From assembly GCA_045114635.1 (NCBI GenBank), contig JBGUKY010000004.1, forward strand, positions 1-57,828: 57,828 nt of DNA, in the 5' to 3' direction. This document shows positions 48,913-57,828 of this stretch, piece by piece (positions within the stretch are counted from its first letter, which is position 1; every line of letters begins with the position of its first letter). The position numbers and the translations under genes are program-made. The notes beneath the pieces were generated by a model. It did no database searches, was not told where the DNA came from, and saw only the letters and a list, made by a program, of their open reading frames with translations. The stretch is from Candidatus Enterousia sp. (GTDB taxonomy: Bacteria > Pseudomonadota > Alphaproteobacteria > Rs-D84).

Positions 48913-49905
48913 ATGGATAACAAAATTGTTTTAACTGGTATTAAGCCAACTGGCACCCCACATATCGGGAACTATATCGGCGCGTTGAAGCCGTTGATCG
49001 ACATGTCGCAAAATCATAAAACAATTATGTTTATCGCCGATTTGCATGCGTTGAATTCTGAAAAAGATGCGAAGAAAATTAAGCAATATACTTATGAAAT
49101 CGCCGCGCTGATGATTGTGATGGGATTGAATTTGGAAAACACTGCTTTTTTCCGTCAGTCTGATATTGATGAAGTCTATAAGTTGTCTGAATTTTTAATG
49201 AACGTTACGCCAAAAGGTTTGATGAATCGCGCGCATTCTTACAAGGCTATGGTCGAAAAAAATAATGAAGTCGGCGAAGATGTTGATGCGGGCGTAAATA
49301 TGGGATTATATACGTACCCTGTGTTGATGGCGGCGGATATTTTGCTTTATAATTCTGATATTGTGCCGGTCGGCAAAGATCAAAAGCAACATGTTGAATT
49401 CGCACGCGATATTGCCGGATATTTTAATAATACTTATGGTGAAACCTTCAAATTACCAATGCCTGTTATCGGTGAAGAAAGCGGATATCTGCCGGGGCTT
49501 GATGGACGCAAGATGAGTAAGTCTTATGACAACACTATTCCGATGTTTGCGCCAAGTGGCGAATTAAAGAAAAAAATTATGCGCATCATCACAGATTCTA
49601 AAACACCAGAAGAACCAAAGAATCCAGATGAATCAACAATATTCCAAATTTATAAGTTCTTTGCCAGCGAACAAGAAACTGCGGCATTACGCGAACGGTT
49701 TTTGGCTGGTGGTATGGGTTATGGCGACGCAAAAAAAATTCTGTTCGAAAAAATGGATTCTGTGTTAAGTGCGCCACGTGCAGAATATGAAAGATTGATG
49801 GCCAACACTTCTGAAATTGATGCAATATTAGAGAAAGGCGCAGCCACAGCAAAATTGATTGCCGCAAAAACCATTGCGAAAGTCAAAAAGAAAATGTTGG
49901 GATAA
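48913..49905 (+). CDS. trpS: Tryptophan--tRNA ligase
   Basis: TGIKPTG.PHIGNY, YPVLMAADIL, VG.DQ.QH, KMSKS. Confidence 0.96.
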   Translation: MDNKIVLTGIKPTGTPHIGNYIGALKPLIDMSQNHKTIMFIADLHALNSEKDAKKIKQYTYEIAALMIVMGLNLENTAFFRQSDIDEVYKLSEFLMNVTPKGLMNRAHSYKAMVEKNNEVGEDVDAGVNMGLYTYPVLMAADILLYNSDIVPVGKDQKQHVEFARDIAGYFNNTYGETFKLPMPVIGEESGYLPGLDGRKMSKSYDNTIPMFAPSGELKKKIMRIITDSKTPEEPKNPDESTIFQIYKFFASEQETAALRERFLAGGMGYGDAKKILFEKMDSVLSAPRAEYERLMANTSEIDAILEKGAATAKLIAAKTIAKVKKKMLG

Positions 49906-49923
49906 ACCTGGGGGAACGGAGAG

Positions 49924-50661
49924 ATGAAAAAAACACTTTTATTAACAGCGGGGCTTATTGGTGCAACGGCGATTGTTGACCTGATTTTTGGTATATTTGA
50001 TAAACCAACAGAAATTCGTAAAATTAATGTTAACGGAGAATGTTTAACATCTGCCCCAAAAGATAGAACCGCAATTACGTTACGTGTAACCACTTTGGAT
50101 AAAAACGCGGCAGTATCTATGAAAATGGCCACCGAAAAGATGTCGCAAATCACAGATTATCTGAAAACCATTGATGTCAAAATGCAAACTACGGAATACA
50201 ATTCGTATGAAAAGACAGAATGGAATCATGAATTACAAAAATCTGAAAACCTTGGTATTGAAACCCGTATCGCATTAGAGGTTTCGGCAAAAGATCCTGA
50301 AATTATAGAATCTGTGTTGAATAAATATGCAGGACAGGAAGATGTGTTCACAGAAAACCTTCGCATGTTCACAAGCACAGAAACAATGAAACCAATATTG
50401 GAAAAATGTTTGGGAGCTGCCGTAGAAGACGCAAGAACACGTGCGAATGCATTGGTTGCTAATGACGGATTAAAAGCGGGCAAATTATTGTCTGTATCTT
50501 ATGACAACGTGTCTTATAATGAACGCCCCTATTCTAATTACAGATTGATGGGCGCAAAAATGGCAACCGCAGAAAGTGTAAGTTTTGATACAGGCGGAAC
50601 TATTGTCGGTAAAGATACAGAAGTAACTGTAACAGTATCTGCAACATTTGAAATAAAATGA
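49924..50661 (+). CDS. SIMPL (DUF541) domain protein
   Basis: I.V.GE..APK, A..DAR.RA..L..G.K.G, VTVTVSATFEI. Confidence 0.8.
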   Translation: MKKTLLLTAGLIGATAIVDLIFGIFDKPTEIRKINVNGECLTSAPKDRTAITLRVTTLDKNAAVSMKMATEKMSQITDYLKTIDVKMQTTEYNSYEKTEWNHELQKSENLGIETRIALEVSAKDPEIIESVLNKYAGQEDVFTENLRMFTSTETMKPILEKCLGAAVEDARTRANALVANDGLKAGKLLSVSYDNVSYNERPYSNYRLMGAKMATAESVSFDTGGTIVGKDTEVTVTVSATFEIK

Positions 50662-51575
50662 ATGAAGTAATTGCTGAATTTGTTGATTATTTGTTGAATA
50701 CGAAAAATTATTCAACACACACTGCAACGGCATACGAAACAGATATTCGCGATTTTATAAAGTTCTTTGCCCGATTTAATGATGGTAATGTTGATTTACA
50801 AGATGTTGCTCGTTGCGATACTTTTTCTTTTCGTGCTTGGATGGCGGATCGCGCCAAACGCGAATTGACACACAAATCAACTGCACGCGCTTTATCGTCA
50901 CTCCGTACTTTTTATAAATGGCTAGCACGCTACAAAAACATCCAAAATGATGCTATTGATTTAATTTCAGCACCAAAGGTGGAACGCAAACTATCAAAAG
51001 CAATCGAAACCACAGATATTTCTGACATGCATGATGCAATTCGCGCATTGGATGCCAATGAACCATGGATTGCAGCACGTGATTGGGCTTTGGTAGTGTT
51101 GATATTTGGTTGTGGATTACGTATAAGTGAAGCATTATCGTTAAAAAACATTGATGTTGCAAATTCACCATCTTCTTTGCATATTATCGGTAAAGGTAAT
51201 AAAGAAAGAATTGTTCCTGTATTGCCTGCTGTAAATATAGCGATTGATAAATATATGAAAATAAATCCATATGGACACAATGCAGATGATCCATTATTTA
51301 GAAGTGTTCGCGGTCTTCCAATGACAGCACGTATGGCGGAAAAAGTCGTTGAAAACCTTCGCCATTATTTACAATTACCAGATTATGTGACCCCACACGC
51401 ATTGCGACATACTTTTGCAACAGCCCTGCTTGCTGGTGGCGCTGATTTGCGTTCTTTACAAGAGTTATTGGGGCATTCTTCGTTGTCCACCACACAATTA
51501 TATACCAAAGTCAATATGGCTGAAATTATGGATGCTTATAAACACGCGCACCCTATGGCACAAAGTGATGATTAA
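50658..51575 (+). CDS. xerC: Tyrosine recombinase XerC
   Basis: YS.HT..AY..D, GLRISE, GKGNKER, TPHALRHTFAT, LLGHSSLSTTQ.YT, AHP. Confidence 0.88.
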   Translation: MNEVIAEFVDYLLNTKNYSTHTATAYETDIRDFIKFFARFNDGNVDLQDVARCDTFSFRAWMADRAKRELTHKSTARALSSLRTFYKWLARYKNIQNDAIDLISAPKVERKLSKAIETTDISDMHDAIRALDANEPWIAARDWALVVLIFGCGLRISEALSLKNIDVANSPSSLHIIGKGNKERIVPVLPAVNIAIDKYMKINPYGHNADDPLFRSVRGLPMTARMAEKVVENLRHYLQLPDYVTPHALRHTFATALLAGGADLRSLQELLGHSSLSTTQLYTKVNMAEIMDAYKHAHPMAQSDD

Positions 51576-51609
51576 AAAAACCACCCGTTTGGGTGGTTTT
51601 TAATTTGTT

Positions 51610-51951
51610 TTATTTTTTCCAAAAAGCAAAACCGCGTTTTTCTTTATGTTCTTCGCGTGATTTGCGTTCTTCACGTGCGCGGCGGCGTTCCGCACGACGT
51701 TCTTGAAATCTTTTTGCAGATTCTTCATCCCTTTGAATCAATTTCAAAGTTGTAACGGACAATTTTCCGTTTCTTACTTCTTCTTCAAATTCAACAATAT
51801 CATTTTCATTTAAAAAACGAATATCTGCTGCTTTTAATGCTGAAGAATGAACAAATACATCATCTGTATTTCCATCTTCGTTTGGTGTATCAGGGGCAAT
51901 AAAACCGAAACATTTTTTGCCGTTATACCATTTGACCTTTCCTTGACGCAT
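51610..51951 (-). CDS. Cold-shock domain protein with charged C-terminal extension
   Basis: GKVKWYN..FGFI, DVFVHSS. Confidence 0.88.
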   Translation of the reverse strand: MRQGKVKWYNGKKCFGFIAPDTPNEDGNTDDVFVHSSALKAADIRFLNENDIVEFEEEVRNGKLSVTTLKLIQRDEESAKRFQERRAERRRAREERKSREEHKEKRGFAFWKK

Positions 51952-52082
51952 AATGAATCCTTTCTATGCTTTGTTAATGATTGTTGGAAACCTTATCAAC
52001 AACCTTAATCATATTTTACATTAAAGGGCAAATAAAACGCAAGAAAAAACACAGGGGATAAAATCTTATCCCCATGTTGTTC

Positions 52083-53489
52083 TTATTTTTTATAATAACG
52101 CTGCAATTCTTTCATGATGAAATTAAAGAACTTGCCCGCCATTGTATCTGTTGGCACAGACCAATCCGCATACGAATAAGGCATAGCTGCCACCAATATA
52201 AACTTTGCCATCCAACGAAAGATCCGTATTTCTTGGTCTTTAGTCAATTTAGCCGGTGCATTTTGCACATAAAAGACTTCGTTTTCAACGGCATTATCAA
52301 CCTTTTCCATAATAATATCTGTGATTTTTTGAGGATAATATATTGTTGATACCTTTGGAAAACCATCAAACAACATATCTTCATCACCTTCGCTGTACAA
52401 AATATTCCAACCAATACGATCAAACAAATCTTCAACACAATCACATATCACAGCATTATATTTTTTAATACCTTCGATATGTAATGTTTCTGTTTTGTTT
52501 TCAATAGCGTCCGCAGCTTTTGTTTTTCTTGTTTCTGCGCGTCTTGATTTTTCATATGCACCATGTGTCTGATGTTCAAATTCAAAAAATGTTCGGACGT
52601 TACAAATGATTTCCATAGGTATGATTTTACCTTTTGTGCCAATATTTAATATCAATTTAGCATCACGATACCCACGCGGATTTGTTATATCAAAAAACTT
52701 GTCACGCACAGCTATGATTTTATCTGGCCACATATTACATATACGTTCAATAAATGTACGCGCCTGAGGGACCAAATCAAACAAACATTTGATGCGCCAT
52801 ACATCTTCCAATCTTTGATATGGTGTTCTTATTTTATCCAATGCACGCACAAGATTCGCTGCTATCTTCTGGTGTCCAGACCCAATAATTCCAAGAACAG
52901 TGGCCGAAGCATCTGTAATATAAGATTTTTCAAATGTTTCATGTATTTTATCAGATATGGCCTTGGCAGAAGCAATACGTTCTGTCTTTGCAATTACATC
53001 ATACGCAGCCTGGGCAACTTCGTTGACATAATCGTTATAATATTTCCCTGTAATTTTATCAATTGCACGAGAAACGCTTTTTTGCGCACCAACAATAACT
53101 GTAACGATTGAAGATACAGCCAAATCTATCTGATGCCCCTTGGTTGATACAAAGAACTGATTACGCATTGGATCAGCATCCAAACGATGATTTACCAAAT
53201 ATGGTTCCAATGGATTAATATCAGAAATTGTGATTGGCACATCTATCGCGCTATCTGTTTCGTAATCATATGCATGTACGGCTGCTTTTGGTGCACCAAA
53301 ACATTTACCAATATACAAAAACACTTCACGGAACCAATCCATAGAATCAGTATAAAGATTGGTCAAATATTCATGTGTTGCAGAATCTATGCGACCAGAT
53401 TTTAACGCATCATCAATTATTTCTAGATTTTTATCATCATGTAATTTGGTCGCAAGAAAAACATCTTGGGCGTCTGTGGTATTAGACAT
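52083..53489 (-). CDS. Protein with divergent RelA/SpoT-like nucleotidyltransferase domain
   Basis: KS..RA..K, D..R, RDKF, GYRD, MEI, H..YE..R motif order. Confidence 0.5.
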   Translation of the reverse strand: MSNTTDAQDVFLATKLHDDKNLEIIDDALKSGRIDSATHEYLTNLYTDSMDWFREVFLYIGKCFGAPKAAVHAYDYETDSAIDVPITISDINPLEPYLVNHRLDADPMRNQFFVSTKGHQIDLAVSSIVTVIVGAQKSVSRAIDKITGKYYNDYVNEVAQAAYDVIAKTERIASAKAISDKIHETFEKSYITDASATVLGIIGSGHQKIAANLVRALDKIRTPYQRLEDVWRIKCLFDLVPQARTFIERICNMWPDKIIAVRDKFFDITNPRGYRDAKLILNIGTKGKIIPMEIICNVRTFFEFEHQTHGAYEKSRRAETRKTKAADAIENKTETLHIEGIKKYNAVICDCVEDLFDRIGWNILYSEGDEDMLFDGFPKVSTIYYPQKITDIIMEKVDNAVENEVFYVQNAPAKLTKDQEIRIFRWMAKFILVAAMPYSYADWSVPTDTMAGKFFNFIMKELQRYYKK

Positions 53490-53503
53490 ATAAAAACCTT
53501 TTA

Positions 53504-54970
53504 TTATTTCATTATCGGGAACAAGATAACATCGCGGGCTGTTGGTTGATTGAACACAATCATAGCCAAACGATCAATACCCATACCAACACCAGATATT
53601 GGAGGGAAACCATGTTCCATAGAACGCACAAAATCATTATCTGGATTAAATGCTTCTTCTTCACCACCAGCAATATTTTTAGCTTGTTCTTCGAAAGCGG
53701 CTAATTGTTGAATTGGGTTTACTAATTCTGAATAACCCTTGCACAATTCACCACCAGCAACCAATAATTGATACATATCTAATCTACGATCATCTTCGTC
53801 ATTATGACGCGCCAATGGAACCATATATGTTGGATAGTTATACAAGAACGTTGGTTGAACTATTTGGTTACGAATCTTGCGTTTATAAACATAATCCACC
53901 AATGTCGGTATAGATTTCAAATCATCCAATTCACCGACCGGGAACATTCCGTTATCAACAAGTTGTTGGCGCAATTTATCAACATCATCAAATTCAAGTA
54001 TGCTGCAACCGAACAATTCGTTCATTTTTGCGGTATAATCTATCATTTCATACTTGCTGAAATCAAGCATTGTGCCTTGGTATTCAATTTGTAATGTACC
54101 GCGTGCCTTTTGAATCAATTCCTGAACCATATTCCAAGTGAAATCAATGTTACGTTTATAATCCCAGTATGCCGCATACCATTCAATCATTGTAAACTCT
54201 TGAAGGTGCATTGCATCCATACCTTCATTACGGAAGTCTTTTGCTACTTCGTATACGCGATCAAAACCAGCACCTATAGCCTGCTTTAAGAATAATTCTG
54301 GGGAAATACGCAATTGAAAATCTGCATCCAAAGCATTATGGTGTGTTGTAAACGGTTTTGCGGCCGCACCAGAAGCAATATTTTGCATGATCGGTGTTTC
54401 TATTTCCAAAAATCCGTTTCTGTTCATGTATTCACGTAAATTATGTGTCATTTGGAAACGACCAAGCAACGCGTTACGCGCTTCTGGATTAGAAATTATA
54501 TCCAAATATCTTTGACGATAACGTGTTTCCATATCTGTTAAACCATGGAACTTTTCTGGCAATGGACGCAAAGCCTTGGCCAAAATTTCATATTTTGAAA
54601 CACGAACAGTTAATTCGCCGGCCGTTGTATGATATAACGTGCCATAAATACCGATAAAATCACCCAAATCAACATTAGCTTTCATAAACTTGTAGTTTTC
54701 TTCACCAAGCTCTTCACGAGACATAGAAAATTGAATTTCGCCTTCGATATCATAAATGCGTCCGAACATCAATTTACCAAGCCAACGAAGCGCTGTTACA
54801 CGACCAGCCAAAACCACAGGTGTTTCGTCTGCTAATTCGCGTGCTTCACAGATTTTATGAGAACGTTCAAATTTATCTTTCCAAACGACACCATCGCGTT
54901 GTTTGATATTTTCAACCTTTTGCAAGCGAGCTTCTAATTCGTTTGTAGATATATTTGTATTTTCTGCCAT
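53504..54970 (-). CDS. lysS: Lysine--tRNA ligase (class II)
   Basis: RYRQRYLD, GA.AKPF.THHN, LRISPEL.LK, FRNEG, G.GIDRL. Confidence 0.97.
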   Translation of the reverse strand: MAENTNISTNELEARLQKVENIKQRDGVVWKDKFERSHKICEARELADETPVVLAGRVTALRWLGKLMFGRIYDIEGEIQFSMSREELGEENYKFMKANVDLGDFIGIYGTLYHTTAGELTVRVSKYEILAKALRPLPEKFHGLTDMETRYRQRYLDIISNPEARNALLGRFQMTHNLREYMNRNGFLEIETPIMQNIASGAAAKPFTTHHNALDADFQLRISPELFLKQAIGAGFDRVYEVAKDFRNEGMDAMHLQEFTMIEWYAAYWDYKRNIDFTWNMVQELIQKARGTLQIEYQGTMLDFSKYEMIDYTAKMNELFGCSILEFDDVDKLRQQLVDNGMFPVGELDDLKSIPTLVDYVYKRKIRNQIVQPTFLYNYPTYMVPLARHNDEDDRRLDMYQLLVAGGELCKGYSELVNPIQQLAAFEEQAKNIAGGEEEAFNPDNDFVRSMEHGFPPISGVGMGIDRLAMIVFNQPTARDVILFPIMK

Positions 54971-54994
54971 TGTTGTTTCCTTTGTTATTTACTT

Positions 54995-55080
54995 AAAAAC
55001 GGACGCATTAAAAGTGCGTCCGTCACAATTGTTTTGGATGGTCGCACATTTTAATTAAAAGAGCGTTTTATCAATTTCAT
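54995..55080 (-). promoter_or_regulatory. Leader-peptide transcription attenuator of lysS
   Basis: uORF MKLIKRSFN (55051-55080), terminator 54995-55023, overlapping antiterminator. Confidence 0.6.
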
Positions 55081-55141
55081 TGTTTAACCAATCTTTCTGT
55101 GGCTAATTTTATACTATAAATTAGGTATTTTCAACAAAAAA

Positions 55142-56251
55142 TTACACAGAATATTTTTCAAACACCCTGTTTAATTGATTGTGAACCTTTATCAAAGTCG
55201 CACATTTTGCCATATGTTTTACCTTGCTTGCACCGATATAAGTACAACAAGATGCTATCCCACCTGTTATATCCTGTAATATTTTATCCAAAGATCCAGT
55301 ATAAGGAATCAAAAGTTCGCGCCCTTCGGATGTTTTATAGTTGCACATACCGCCCGCAAATTTGTTGTTCGCATATTCCGAAGACATACCATAGTACTGT
55401 TTGAAGCATTTGGTTTGTATAACATATTTATCATCAACTAATTCGTTTGTTTGATAATATTTTTCTATGATTTCACCTTCGGCCTCATCAGTACCAGCAA
55501 ATATACCGCCAGCCATAATAAAATCAGCATTCAAACAAAATGCCTTGCATATATCGCCTATATCAACAATACCACCGTCTGCACAAATGTGTCCGTTTAC
55601 AGAATGTGCAATATCAGCACATTCCAAAATCAGTGATACCATCGGTGTTCCACAACCAGTCTGTTTTCTTGTCAAACAAGCAGACCCAGACCCAATGCCA
55701 CATTTTATAATGTCCGCATAATCTAAAAGTTTCAAACACACGTCACCACTGGCGATATTGCCAACCATTATAACAGCATCCGGAAATTCAGCGCGTACTT
55801 TTGCCAGCATATCCAACGCCTTTGGAACATAGAAGTTTGGCGCATCAATACAGATGTTACGCACGCCAGTCCATTGATATTTTGATTCTAAGTCTTTTAA
55901 CTTTTGAATTTGTTCATCGGCATTTTTTAACCCAATTGTTATAAACAAATTATCAAGCGGCACATTTTCAGCGCGGCAATCATTAAGAAAGCTACCTGTT
56001 TCATCAATTGTGTAATGTTTATGAATAGTTGCAAACATACCTTTTTGTAATAATTTCTTTGCGATGGCAAAATTACCCACAGTCGCCATATTTGCATTAA
56101 ACACACCAAGTCCAGTTCTGGTTTGGCCATGTTTAAATTTGAAAACACGTTGAAGATTTACTTCTTTTCTTGAATTAAGATTTATACCCATTTTTGGTTT
56201 GATTAAAATATCTGAATAATCAAGATAAACTTCGGATAATAATTGCGTCAT
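55142..56251 (-). CDS. guaC: GMP reductase
   Basis: LDYSDIL, ANM.TVG, GIGSGSACLTR.QTG, ADGG, YGMSS, SEG; no CBS domains. Confidence 0.85.
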   Translation of the reverse strand: MTQLLSEVYLDYSDILIKPKMGINLNSRKEVNLQRVFKFKHGQTRTGLGVFNANMATVGNFAIAKKLLQKGMFATIHKHYTIDETGSFLNDCRAENVPLDNLFITIGLKNADEQIQKLKDLESKYQWTGVRNICIDAPNFYVPKALDMLAKVRAEFPDAVIMVGNIASGDVCLKLLDYADIIKCGIGSGSACLTRKQTGCGTPMVSLILECADIAHSVNGHICADGGIVDIGDICKAFCLNADFIMAGGIFAGTDEAEGEIIEKYYQTNELVDDKYVIQTKCFKQYYGMSSEYANNKFAGGMCNYKTSEGRELLIPYTGSLDKILQDITGGIASCCTYIGASKVKHMAKCATLIKVHNQLNRVFEKYSV

Positions 56252-56382
56252 AGTGGCTCCTTTCCGTTGGTGATTATAGACAAAGTACACACATAATTTC
56301 AACATAATAAATATCTTGAAAAATATTCCTAAATTTTATTAAATTCTTTTGTCAGAAATAACAAAAACAAAGGGACCAAGAA

Positions 56383-57462
56383 ATGAGAACCATCGGAACA
56401 TCAGCGTTCGGATTGCGCGCACCAATATTCAAAACAGGCGACGATGTCGCATCTATTGTCACAGAAATAGTTTTAAATTCTGGAATACAAATCAAAGATA
56501 AAGATATTGTCGCAATAACAGAAGCAGTTATGGGGCGCACCCAGGGCAATTATGCTTCTGTTGATGAAATAGCAGAAAGCATTAAACAATTGACACACAA
56601 TGCAAAATCTCTGGCTGTTGTGTTCCCTATATTCAGCCGCAATCGTTTTGCAATATTATTGCGCGGTATCGCACGCAGTGCTGATAAAATTACTGTGTTG
56701 CTATCAAGCCCTACAGACGAAGTTGGAAATGTATGTAAAAACCACCCTTTTACTGGTATGAATTATGACGAATATTATAAAAGCATTATTGAAGAGGAAG
56801 GCAAAATCGCCGAAGTTTATATTAGTAATGATGTAAATATTTTAACAGATAAAAATATTGATGCTTTTATTGCTGCAGATATACACACAAAAGATACCAC
56901 AAAACAACAATTATTAACTATTTCAGATAACGTTATAGATTTAACTGATATCTTACACGAAAAAAGCGAACATGGATTATTGGGATCTAATAAAGCCACA
57001 GAAGAAAAAGTAAAACTGTTCCCAACACGCGAATACTGTATGCCAATCATAGAAAAGATACAACAAAACATCCTTGAAAAGACTGGCAAACATATTGAAG
57101 TTATGGTTTATGGCGACGGGTGTTTCAAAGATCCAGTTGGCGGTATTTGGGAATTTGCAGACCCTGTGGTAAGCCCGTCTTATACCAGCGGACTTGAAGG
57201 CACACCAAACGAATTAAAATTGAAATATCTGGCAGATAATAAATTCAAAGATTTGTCTGGCGCCGCATTACAAACTGCAATAAAAAATGACATCAAAGAA
57301 AAAGACGCCTCATTAAAAGGCAATATGGTATCCCAAGGTACCACGCCAAGACGAATAACTGATTTATTAGGCAGTTTATGCGACCTTGTTAGTGGCAGTG
57401 GCGACAAAGGAACGCCGATTGTTTATATCCAGGGATACTTTGACAACTACGCAACAGAATAA
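56383..57462 (+). CDS. Coenzyme F420-0:gamma-glutamyl ligase (CofE)-family protein
   Basis: GLRAPI...GDD, TE, VYGDG.FKDP, DL.GSLCDL.SGSGDKGTP. Confidence 0.8.
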   Translation: MRTIGTSAFGLRAPIFKTGDDVASIVTEIVLNSGIQIKDKDIVAITEAVMGRTQGNYASVDEIAESIKQLTHNAKSLAVVFPIFSRNRFAILLRGIARSADKITVLLSSPTDEVGNVCKNHPFTGMNYDEYYKSIIEEEGKIAEVYISNDVNILTDKNIDAFIAADIHTKDTTKQQLLTISDNVIDLTDILHEKSEHGLLGSNKATEEKVKLFPTREYCMPIIEKIQQNILEKTGKHIEVMVYGDGCFKDPVGGIWEFADPVVSPSYTSGLEGTPNELKLKYLADNKFKDLSGAALQTAIKNDIKEKDASLKGNMVSQGTTPRRITDLLGSLCDLVSGSGDKGTPIVYIQGYFDNYATE

Positions 57463-57473
57463 AGAGATAAATC

Positions 57474-57743
57474 ATGAACAGTGTTGTTGGAGAAATTATC
57501 GGTTGCATTTGTTGTACCTGTACAACAGTGGCATTTTTGCCACAGGCAATAAAATCTATTGTAACAAAAAACGTGTCTGGACTGTCTTTGACAATGTACG
57601 TCATATATTGCACAGGTTTGGTATTTTGGATTTTGTATGGAATATATTTACATTCGATACAAATGATTATTTCTGATGCAATCACACTTTTATTCAGTTC
57701 TATCATTCTGTTTATGATTATAAGATCATACAAGAACAAATAA
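57474..57743 (+). CDS. SemiSWEET (PQ-loop) transporter
   Basis: TT.AFLPQ, SGLSL.MY, W..YG; three TM helices. Confidence 0.88.
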   Translation: MNSVVGEIIGCICCTCTTVAFLPQAIKSIVTKNVSGLSLTMYVIYCTGLVFWILYGIYLHSIQMIISDAITLLFSSIILFMIIRSYKNK

Positions 57744-57770
57744 AAAACACCCTTTCGGGTGTTCAAACTT

Positions 57771-57828
57771 TGGTGCGAGCAAAGTACTTCGGCAACATTG
57801 TTGCCTCGCCTCGCAACCCTTCGGGTTC
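57771..57828 (-). repeat. Second tRNA-3'-end-linked structured repeat (truncated by window edge)
   Basis: tggtgcgagcaaag matches the tRNA-Gly 3' end at 13/14; ends in cccttcgggttc like the 6189-6318 copy. Confidence 0.5.

Noticed and set aside
50658-51575. Third tyrosine recombinase as a second mobile element
   Set aside because: It has XerC signatures, sits in an operon with trpS and SIMPL, has host-like composition and shows no att repeats.
299-57766. Numerous 60-170-aa antisense or alternate-frame ORFs in the track
   Set aside because: They are shadows of well-supported genes or tRNAs and lack RBSs and motifs.
1-57828. CRISPR array, rRNA, IS transposase, retron or other RT
   Set aside because: No regularly spaced repeats, rRNA-like tracts, DDE transposase or RT motifs were seen by eye.

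Overview
AT-rich bacterial chromosome segment, most likely from a small-genome alphaproteobacterium. This is inferred from DUF1013/TrcR, DUF2155, an alpha-type RpoH promoter and the AddA/RNase J types; the overall style resembles gut Rs-D84/'Ca. Enterousia', which I could not verify. Most of the window is housekeeping: rplY, dnaK, pfkA, rpsP-rimM-trmD-rplS, tsaD, xseA, recN, split addA, rpoD, cysS, fused accD-accA, ihfB, amiC, prfB (programmed +1 frameshift), rnj, rpsD, trpS, xerC, lysS, guaC and four tRNAs. About 16 small orphan genes are scattered among these. The main accessory feature is a ~7.1-kb element integrated in tRNA-Ser(GCT) (25-bp att direct repeat, 29563-36705). It carries two tyrosine recombinases, a gene II/X-type Rep, a degenerate FtsK-like protein, and two exported surface proteins behind a C4-antisense-like switchable leader. 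It also has a repeated CTGATAAATAGTT promoter-like motif, an inverted-repeat-flanked promoter between recombinase and rep, and a 17-aa sORF. Other notable signals: orphan proteins share Arg/Lys-terminal polar tails (often AGA-TAA), possibly a secretion signal; RpoD lacks the first Trp of the near-invariant W-dyad; lysS has a Lys leader-peptide attenuator; there are tRNA-3'-end-linked structured repeats, structured ribosomal-protein and rnj leaders, and several leaderless genes. All calls come from reading the sequence; no database searches were run.
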